Source: a plasmid. Taken from it: a stretch of DNA of 19,650 nt. Below, one piece after another: positions 10,296-15,909 of this stretch (position 1 is its first letter; every line of letters begins with the position of its first letter). Location: the sequence record CP068400.1; one strand, 5' to 3'. The notes beneath the pieces were generated by a model that saw nothing but the letters and a program-made list of their open reading frames with translations, did not search any database and was not told the origin of the DNA. A program made the translations under genes and the position numbers.

Positions 10296-10356
10296 CAACC
10301 GGGGCCCCTGCGGGGGCCCTATATCGTAATCAATATGGTGTAATGAATTACATACT

Positions 10357-10713
10357 ATGAAAATCAATATACCCGCAGCGCTCGCGCTACTGCTGACCAC
10401 CGCGCCGCTATACGCTAAACCGCTCTCCCTGCTCCACTGGTGCAGCGACGGCACCGCGATCCACCTCAGAGAGGACAACGGGCGGCTAACGATAACTTGG
10501 CGCGGCGCTTCCTTCCCGGTTGATAAGATACAGACCGGAAATCTGACAGTGGACATGACCGGAAGCACGCCAAACCAGAGCACGGTCATGCTCCTGGCTG
10601 CTTTTAACGACACTCCCACCCCAACAACGACCATCACCGCAAACGTGGTAGGCCGGGGAATGATGAGCGCCACCTGCCGCCCGGACACTGGCGCAAAACA
10701 TATCGACCTGTAA
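10357..10713 (+). CDS. Small secreted/periplasmic hypothetical protein (118 aa) with Sec signal peptide
   Basis: MKINIPAALALLLTTAPLYA|KP has an n-region, h-region and AxA-like cleavage site. Thr/Pro-rich stretch TPTPTTTIT. No Shine-Dalgarno seen. Confidence 0.5.
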   Translation: MKINIPAALALLLTTAPLYAKPLSLLHWCSDGTAIHLREDNGRLTITWRGASFPVDKIQTGNLTVDMTGSTPNQSTVMLLAAFNDTPTPTTTITANVVGRGMMSATCRPDTGAKHIDL

Positions 10714-10720
10714 CCGCCTC

Positions 10721-10750
10721 AGCGCCTCTCTGCGGGGCGCTTCTCTTTTT
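10721..10750 (+). terminator. Intrinsic terminator (AGCGCC-loop-GGCGCT + TTCTCTTTTT)
   Basis: 6-bp stem followed by a T-rich tract 8 nt after the stop of the 10357..10713 gene. Confidence 0.65.
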
Positions 10751-10903
10751 GTCGTGGTAACGCATTGCCCCGCCTCGTTTAACAGCGTCGCGGCTGGCAG
10801 GCTGAGCCAGTGGCAGGCCATCGGTATGGCGGCAGCTGCGCTGCCACACAAAGCAGTCGTGATGCCACCATGCAGATCCAGAGCAGCAGCAGAGGCAGCA
10901 CCC

Positions 10904-11359
10904 ATGAAACCAACACCACAACAGAAAGCCGCCGCACGCCAGATGCGGAGAGATCACCCCGATATGAGCGTGCGCCAGATCGCCGCAAAGCTCGGCATCA
11001 ACAGCGGAACCGTCAGCAAATGGCTCCGCCAGCCTGAGGCAGAAACACCGCTCAGCATCGAGGGCCTGATCGCCCAGACGCAGCAGAACTTTGAGAACCT
11101 GCCACCCAGCGAGGCCGAAAAGCTCAGCCAGCTGCGCGATGAGCTCCGGGCAAGGCAGCAAGCCATCATTAAGCGGCAGATCAGCCTACTGGAGGGACTA
11201 CAAGCGGAGGGGATGACCGCGCTCAAAAAGAAAGACCTACCCACAGCCCGCGCAGCAGCCAGCCTGATCTCTGCATTCACAAAGGCATTCAGCCATGAGG
11301 CCATGGTCTACCAGATCATTGACCCCGCCGCTGTCATGAAATCAGCGCTCAAAGAGTAA
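10904..11359 (+). CDS. HTH DNA-binding protein (151 aa) with leucine-zipper-like C-terminus (IS3 OrfA-like or small-terminase-like fold); candidate iteron/ori-binding or regulatory protein
   Basis: MKPTPQQKAAARQMRRDHPDMSVRQIAAKLGINSGTVSKWLRQ followed by heptad-rich LSQLRDELRARQQAIIKRQISLLEGL. GAGGC Shine-Dalgarno 7 nt upstream. The longer ORF-track start (10754) is not favoured. Confidence 0.6.
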   Translation: MKPTPQQKAAARQMRRDHPDMSVRQIAAKLGINSGTVSKWLRQPEAETPLSIEGLIAQTQQNFENLPPSEAEKLSQLRDELRARQQAIIKRQISLLEGLQAEGMTALKKKDLPTARAAASLISAFTKAFSHEAMVYQIIDPAAVMKSALKE

Positions 11360-11529
11360 TCATTTTTTATTTTTAGGCAGCAGGCCCGGCAGGCGCTCGT
11401 CTGGCTGGGTTTTGCAGTGTCCGTGCGAAAGCACGGCCCATACCGTTCCCCCCTCAAACCATCCACCAAAGCAGAACCGCGTCACGCAGCTGCACCCTAA
11501 CGGGATGCACTTTGCGCCGCTATGCGGAT

Positions 11530-11618
11530 GTAACCTCATACGTAACCACTGTAACCACACGTAACCTTTTATGTAACCAGAATAAAATCATATAAATCAA
11601 TAACGTAACCTTGTAACC
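11530..11618 (+). repeat. Left iteron block of the origin: 7 direct copies of the hexamer GTAACC (consensus a/c,c/t-GTAACC) at roughly helical-turn spacing
   Basis: GTAACC at 11530, 11542, 11551, 11561, 11573, 11605 and 11613. Confidence 0.8.
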
Positions 11619-11692
11619 TTTTTTATAATAAATACTTTTGAATAAAAAAATAAATACATAGATATATATATCAACTAGCAATTAGCAAAAAA
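11619..11692. other. AT-rich DNA-unwinding element of the origin (about 90 percent A+T)
   Basis: ttttttataataaatacttttgaataaaaaaataaatacatagatatatatatcaactagcaattagcaaaaaaa lies between the two opposed iteron blocks. Confidence 0.7.
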
Positions 11693-11694
11693 AT

Positions 11695-11796
11695 GGTTAC
11701 GAGGTTACACATGGGTTAAGGCCACGAATGGCGGGGCTTTAGGCGTAACCATGGGGGAGGTTACGCATGGTTACACGTAACCTTTAATTTGGTTAC
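11695..11796. repeat. Right iteron block: 6 copies of GGTTAC/GGTTAA (inverted relative to the left block) plus 2 GTAACC, including the inverted pair GGTTAC-AC-GTAACC at 11769..11782
   Basis: GGTTAC at 11695, 11703, 11759, 11769 and 11791; GGTTAA at 11714; GTAACC at 11745 and 11777. Confidence 0.8.
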
Positions 11797-11802
11797 AGGT
11801 AC

Positions 11803-11822
11803 AAAAAAGCCCCTTTCGGGGC
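11803..11822 (-). terminator. Intrinsic terminator of the 518-aa gene (GCCCC-TTTC-GGGGC followed by T6 on the minus strand)
   Basis: AAAAAAGCCCCTTTCGGGGC on the plus strand; on the minus strand the hairpin is followed by TTTTTT, 6 nt after the stop at 11828. Confidence 0.75.
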
Positions 11823-11827
11823 TCTCG

Positions 11828-13384
11828 TTAATCGTTGGCGGCTCGCATCGTCATGCGGCTTGCTACCGTTTCCGGCAGCGGAGGGATAAGCGTACCCTTC
11901 ACAAACCCTGTCTTAGTTCGGTGAGTGGCAGGCTTACCGATAATGGCTGTACGGTCACGAATCAGCGTATTGAACTCATGCCCGTTCGTTTTCCCTGTAT
12001 AGGCACTGACGAACTCACGCCACCATTGAGCGACACATTTAAGCACAATGCCCTTTTCAGCCGATTCATACGGCAATCCGTGGCGCTTCTGCGCAATATC
12101 GGAATGCGCAAAGCTGTAGAACTCATCACAAATTTCGCCGTAATGGTCGGTGATAACGCCGGATGACTTGGCAAGGCCATACTTTTTGTGAAATTCATTC
12201 AGATACTCAGCAGCCTGCTTTGAAGCCAGCGCGGGGCCAGCCTGCTGGTAAGCCTCAATGCGGCTATTCAGACCCTTTGCAATGGCATCCTGTACCCGTG
12301 AGGCATAGTAACCGGGATCGGCCTGAAACAACGGACGGTCATTAACCGGGCCAGACTGGGGCTGGATATGTGAGAATCGGCGGGCGATCTGCTCATCAAT
12401 ACCGGATTCACTGATAAGACCAGGAATAGGATCAGCTGAGGTGTAAATCTTGGTGTAAAGCGGGACTGTCTGGGCTATCTGGTGCTTGGTTGATACGGTG
12501 ATCGCACTCTCCAGAACAAAGGATTTTTTCGTGATGCGCTCCGGCTCGTTAATCGCCAGAATCAGCGCCCGGACAAACTCGCTTGCCGTCCTGCCACTGG
12601 CTGACCCCTTCACGATGGAGTCCAACTCCTGCTCGTTAACTTCCACGACCAAACCCAGCTTTGAGAACGCCCCATTCTTACCGAACAGCAGCCCCTTACC
12701 GAAGTCAGAGACCGCCTGCAAAAACAGGTAAGCGTTTTTACGGTCTGGTGCGAAACGGGCTGCGGCGATCAGGTCGATAAGCTCAGGGAACTGCGGGAAA
12801 TGCTCGCGCCAGTCGTCATTGATGGCCTTGTCCAATTTTGTGACCGGGTAAGGGACATGCGCCAGAGTGATGCGTGCTTTTCCTTCCTCGTCCAGTGTGA
12901 CAGATGCGCTATCGGTGAACATATCAACCGCAACATGAAGGGCAACGAACTGCCGATATGTGCGGATGCAGTCACCAACAATGCCAGAGATAGCTTTTCG
13001 CAGGTCTGTCAGTCGTTCAGAGGCGGTTTTCTTGGTCAGCGCTAATGCTACGGCCTGCCCTGCTGCCTCTTTGCCCTTTTCGGTGTCATGGAAGAAGCCG
13101 CCACAGCTGGATTCAATCAGGCGGAAATCGGACGCTCCAAAGCGCTTAATATGTGCGGCCTTGTCCAGGTGGATGTATTGCTTTTTCTCCGGGAACCAGA
13201 GAGACCGGGAAAGGCAGTAAGCTATTGCAGGGAGGTTAATCCCCAACTCCTGCGCTTTCTCGCTGCGCTCCATTTCCGCCAATTGAAATAAGTCAGCGCA
13301 TAAATGCTCACGGACGGCGGCAATGATTTTGCCGAATAGCTGCGGGGGGAGCTCGATAAAAGAGGCCGTGATGTTATCTGCCAT
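11828..13384 (-). CDS. Large hypothetical protein (518 aa) flanked by the iteron origin (3' side) and DnaA boxes/leader elements (5' side); candidate replication initiator, no P-loop
   Basis: Long uninterrupted ORF MADNITASFIELPPQLFGKIIAAV... with an AAGGA Shine-Dalgarno. No GxxxxGK[ST] Walker A, no HUH motif, no family recognised by eye. The role is inferred from position only. Confidence 0.7.
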   Translation of the reverse strand: MADNITASFIELPPQLFGKIIAAVREHLCADLFQLAEMERSEKAQELGINLPAIAYCLSRSLWFPEKKQYIHLDKAAHIKRFGASDFRLIESSCGGFFHDTEKGKEAAGQAVALALTKKTASERLTDLRKAISGIVGDCIRTYRQFVALHVAVDMFTDSASVTLDEEGKARITLAHVPYPVTKLDKAINDDWREHFPQFPELIDLIAAARFAPDRKNAYLFLQAVSDFGKGLLFGKNGAFSKLGLVVEVNEQELDSIVKGSASGRTASEFVRALILAINEPERITKKSFVLESAITVSTKHQIAQTVPLYTKIYTSADPIPGLISESGIDEQIARRFSHIQPQSGPVNDRPLFQADPGYYASRVQDAIAKGLNSRIEAYQQAGPALASKQAAEYLNEFHKKYGLAKSSGVITDHYGEICDEFYSFAHSDIAQKRHGLPYESAEKGIVLKCVAQWWREFVSAYTGKTNGHEFNTLIRDRTAIIGKPATHRTKTGFVKGTLIPPLPETVASRMTMRAAND

Positions 13385-13404
13385 TTACTTTAGTCCTTGT
13401 ATGC

Positions 13405-13427
13405 AAAAAAGCAGCGCCAAAAGGCGC
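13405..13427 (-). terminator. Terminator-like hairpin (GCGCC-TTTT-GGCGC + T6 on the minus strand) about 20 nt upstream of the 518-aa start codon; candidate attenuator
   Basis: On the minus strand the hairpin is followed by TTTTTT, then the Shine-Dalgarno and ATG. Its position inside the leader suggests attenuation. Confidence 0.35.
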
Positions 13428-13434
13428 GTAACAC

Positions 13435-13463
13435 TTGATTGCTCAGGAACCAATGGCTATCAT
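13435..13463 (+). promoter_or_regulatory. Near-consensus sigma70 promoter (TTGATT, 17-bp spacer, TATCAT) reading rightward, away from and antisense to the 518-aa gene leader
   Basis: -35 at 13435-13440 and -10 at 13458-13463 with exactly 17-bp spacing. Confidence 0.45.
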
Positions 13464-13469
13464 CACTTT

Positions 13470-13560
13470 TGCCCGGTGATGATTTGTAACCAGCCCATGT
13501 GGTTCCAACGCAAATCAAAACTATTTCGCAGAGGCCCCAGTTACCAGCTGGGGCCTTTTG
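13470..13560 (+). ncRNA. Candidate ~90-nt countertranscript (antisense RNA) from the promoter at 13435..13463 to the terminator at 13532..13560
   Basis: The promoter is followed about 70 nt later by an 8-bp GC stem (AGGCCCCA/TGGGGCCT) and TTTT. No convincing ORF with a Shine-Dalgarno in the interval. Confidence 0.35.
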
Positions 13561-13670
13561 CATTTCAGGGATAAGCATAGCGATCCAAAACGGCGTCGGC
13601 AAGCGATGATCAGGCGTCGATCTTCATCTTTTTTGCGTCACCCCTCCCCTCCTTACGTCATGCCTGCCGT

Positions 13671-13709
13671 TGTGGATAAGTTGTTGTTGAAAAGGTGATT
13701 TTATCCACA
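13671..13709. promoter_or_regulatory. Two perfect consensus DnaA boxes (TTATCCACA) in inverted orientation, 21 bp apart
   Basis: tgtggataa at 13671-13679 and ttatccaca at 13701-13709, both 9/9 matches; a third degenerate copy (ctgtggac) lies nearby. Confidence 0.65.
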
Positions 13710-13834
13710 CTTTATGGCTCCGCTGTGGACTGTCTTTGTGTCGAGCCAACGGCTCGGCCCTTACCGCTAATGTGTCACATTGCATTACGTAGTGTATGAC
13801 GTAATAATGCACTGAAACACAAACGGGGGACGCC

Positions 13835-14353
13835 ATGAAAGAGAACAAAACAGCCGCCCTGAGCCTCAGGCTCCCGGCAGATCTCATGCAGTTACTTGAT
13901 GAGCGAGCCAGTGCTGAACACCTCACCCGCACAGATATAGCGCTGGCTGCGCTCCGGGAGTACCTCGGCGTCGCTACAGCTCCGGCAGCGTCTGACAAGC
14001 TCGATAGGGTGATCGAACTACTGGAAACCATTGCTGGGAATGCCCCACAGCGTAAGACAGCCGCACCACAGCGTCAGACAGTGCAACACGCTGAAGCAAC
14101 ACAACGTAACACGCCGTCAGGCAATGAAATACAGCGTAATACGGCGCGAGCCGCCGATCCTCGTTTTCATGCCGTAGACCCTGAGGCCGATGCCATGATA
14201 GTGCGCATGAGTGCTGAGGGGGCCGGGCTGGCTGACATTACGAATGCGCTCAATGCGCTGGGCTTTACCAGTGCGACCGGGCAGGAGTGGACACGCAGCC
14301 GCCTGCGGGACTATCGGCATAAGCTGCGGGATAGTGGACTGCTCAATGGCTAA
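13835..14353 (+). CDS. Ribbon-helix-helix (CopG/Arc/MetJ-like) DNA-binding protein, 172 aa
   Basis: The N-terminal LSLRLPADLMQLLDERASAEHLTRTDIALAALREYL fits the RHH beta-alpha-alpha pattern. The gene overlaps the downstream gene by 8 nt. Confidence 0.7.
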   Translation: MKENKTAALSLRLPADLMQLLDERASAEHLTRTDIALAALREYLGVATAPAASDKLDRVIELLETIAGNAPQRKTAAPQRQTVQHAEATQRNTPSGNEIQRNTARAADPRFHAVDPEADAMIVRMSAEGAGLADITNALNALGFTSATGQEWTRSRLRDYRHKLRDSGLLNG

Positions 14354-14807
14354 GAATAACTACGGCATTAATGGCTCACCTAACAGCCATATAGCCCACC
14401 CAGCAGGGCTCCCATGTTTTGGCTCTTTACCGGAGTTTGTTTCAAGAGGGGATGTAATACCTGCCGGGGATATATTTCTGCGCGTGGGGAATCATAGAGG
14501 CCCTAATAGCGGCTTTGGCGTGCGTCATATATGGGCAGAGCATGAAAAGGAACTGGTGCGGCTCGGTTATCATACCGTGAATGATGTGGCCCGTTTCGTG
14601 TGTGACGTTATTCAGCCAGGTGCTGGAGTGTATTGTGAGTTCAACCATCCGGGTGGGAAGCACAGGCCGAAGGTTTTACGTTCAGCGCTTGGGATCGTCA
14701 TACTGGAGCCAAAAGAGGCTGACTGGGCTCAGAGCGGATGGATTTACAGCGTAGTAACCGCGTATGAGACTCACAGGACGCAAGGCACGTTGTTAGGCAG
14801 GTTATAA
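14346..14807 (+). CDS. Hypothetical protein (153 aa) translationally coupled to the RHH gene
   Basis: The ATG at 14346 overlaps the RHH stop as ATGGCTAA. MAKNNYGINGSPNSHIAHPAG...HIWAEHEKE... has no recognised family. Confidence 0.6.
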   Translation: MAKNNYGINGSPNSHIAHPAGLPCFGSLPEFVSRGDVIPAGDIFLRVGNHRGPNSGFGVRHIWAEHEKELVRLGYHTVNDVARFVCDVIQPGAGVYCEFNHPGGKHRPKVLRSALGIVILEPKEADWAQSGWIYSVVTAYETHRTQGTLLGRL

Positions 14808-14812
14808 GTTAT

Positions 14813-14843
14813 AAAAAGCAGAAGGGCGCAATAAGCGCCCTTC
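14813..14843 (-). terminator. Intrinsic terminator oriented for leftward (minus-strand) transcripts: GAAGGGCGC-AATAA-GCGCCCTTC with T-run on the minus strand
   Basis: 9-bp GC-rich stem. The A5 on the plus strand gives a U-run for the minus-strand RNA. It lies about 290 nt downstream of the 143-aa gene stop. Confidence 0.6.
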
Positions 14844-14852
14844 GTAATGCTT

Positions 14853-14919
14853 GGTAGCCGCAGCCAATCTTTAGCTCGTGGGTTCAGATACCAACCTGAT
14901 TATTCAGGTTGAGCTACCG
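14853..14919. repeat. Nested inverted repeats forming a compound stem-loop (GGTAGC...GCTACC outer arms; inner perfect hairpin AACCTGA-TTAT-TCAGGTT)
   Basis: Seen directly in sequence, in the long 3' non-coding region of the primase-side operon. Confidence 0.5.
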
Positions 14920-14998
14920 ACAGGAGACCAGCCTCCTGACTGCCCAGCGCAAAGGGCCAATTACTGGTTGATACCCTCTGCGAATGCTCTTGCAGTAC

Positions 14999-15018
14999 AA
15001 CAATAGTAGACTATTGTT
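14999..15018. repeat. Perfect 9-bp inverted repeat AACAATAGT-AG-ACTATTGTT
   Basis: Seen directly in sequence. Confidence 0.6.
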
Positions 15019-15135
15019 ACGGGACATGCAACCGTCATTATCCGCGCCAGACGTGACGGGGAGCGGCTTTGCGGAGATATTTACTCTTTTTTGAAGTCTA
15101 TCGGTATGGGCGGCGGTGCCGCAGTTTGTGCCAAT

Positions 15136-15567
15136 TCACGCCATACAGCTGCTAATAAACTCAACGATCTGGCGCTGCTCATTCTCGCTGATTGTTTGCC
15201 ACTCAGGAGCCACGTCAGGCAACCCACGATAAGCAGTTTGCGTCAGCCCCATAATTCGTGCGAACAGCTGGCAGGTGAATGTTTCCCGTTCTATCTGGCA
15301 GTGGCTGGCGTATACCTTGCCCGTTTTGTCTTTGCGCAGGCTGCGGGCCACATCAGCGTAATAGGCTGGGGTGGCCCATTCGTGTCCGCGTATGGAATGC
15401 CCCACTATCATCATCACACCGCCGCGCATAATGCGCTTACCGAACGCGATCACAGGGCCCTCAGGCCCTGCTGATTTGCCGCCTTCCCGGTGCCACTGTG
15501 CAAGCGATAATTTGATGATGTGCGTGAGCTCCGCTGTGGTATCTCTGCGGATTTGTTCGTGGTTCAT
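15136..15567 (-). CDS. Hypothetical protein (143 aa)
   Basis: MNHEQIRRDTTAEL... The start ATG overlaps the upstream stop as ATGA. No family recognised. Confidence 0.55.
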   Translation of the reverse strand: MNHEQIRRDTTAELTHIIKLSLAQWHREGGKSAGPEGPVIAFGKRIMRGGVMMIVGHSIRGHEWATPAYYADVARSLRKDKTGKVYASHCQIERETFTCQLFARIMGLTQTAYRGLPDVAPEWQTISENEQRQIVEFISSCMA

Positions 15568-15851
15568 TGAACTCTCCCAGCGTGCGCCGCTGCTGCGCTT
15601 GCTTCAATGGCGTCAGCCATGGCCCCAAGACGCTCGATTTGAGTCGCCAGACCGTTAGCGCCATGCAGCTGCTGGAGCGTAACCATTTGAGAACCGGCTA
15701 CCGCGATCCATTGTGCCAGAACAGCAGGGTTAGCGACGGCGTAACCTTCTCCCAGCATTGCGTCGAGGTCAGTCACAGCGCGGGCCACAAACAGCGTGGC
15801 GGTCTTGCTGGACTCGTTAAACAGCATCGTTTCAAAGTCCTGATCGGTCAT
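15564..15851 (-). CDS. Small hypothetical protein (95 aa), Ala-rich
   Basis: MTDQDFETMLFNESSKTATLF... A strong AGGAG Shine-Dalgarno lies 7 nt upstream, immediately after the terminator hairpin. Confidence 0.55.
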   Translation of the reverse strand: MTDQDFETMLFNESSKTATLFVARAVTDLDAMLGEGYAVANPAVLAQWIAVAGSQMVTLQQLHGANGLATQIERLGAMADAIEASAAAAHAGRVQ

Positions 15852-15865
15852 GATTTACTCCTGGC

Positions 15866-15899
15866 ATAAAAAAGCCGCTTCCCCAATACGGGGAGCGGC
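15866..15899 (-). terminator. Intrinsic terminator between the primase gene and the 95-aa gene (GCCGCTCCCC-GTATT-GGGGAAGCGGC + T6), probably a partial terminator allowing read-through
   Basis: 10-11-bp stem followed by TTTTTT on the minus strand. The downstream gene's Shine-Dalgarno starts right after the T-run, with no room for a promoter. Confidence 0.65.
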
Positions 15900-15909
15900 G
15901 TGTGAATAT

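Noticed and set aside
10297-10322. GGGGCCCC-TGC-GGGGGCCC palindrome after the 64-aa ORF as an intrinsic terminator
   Set aside because: No T-run follows on either strand, so it is more likely a protein-binding palindrome or nothing. The 64-aa ORF itself lacks a Shine-Dalgarno.
11828-13384. 518-aa protein as a helicase-type Rep (SaPI/PICI Rep-like) or a relaxase
   Set aside because: No Walker A/B, no HUH or 3-His motif and no obvious catalytic Tyr context. It is kept only as a positional candidate initiator.
14853-14919. Possible tRNA or tRNA-fragment (attP-like) in the structured region
   Set aside because: Neither strand can be folded into a cloverleaf with a proper T-loop (GGTTCAGATACC is not GTTCRANYC), and there is no CCA end. 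The repeats are treated as generic hairpins.
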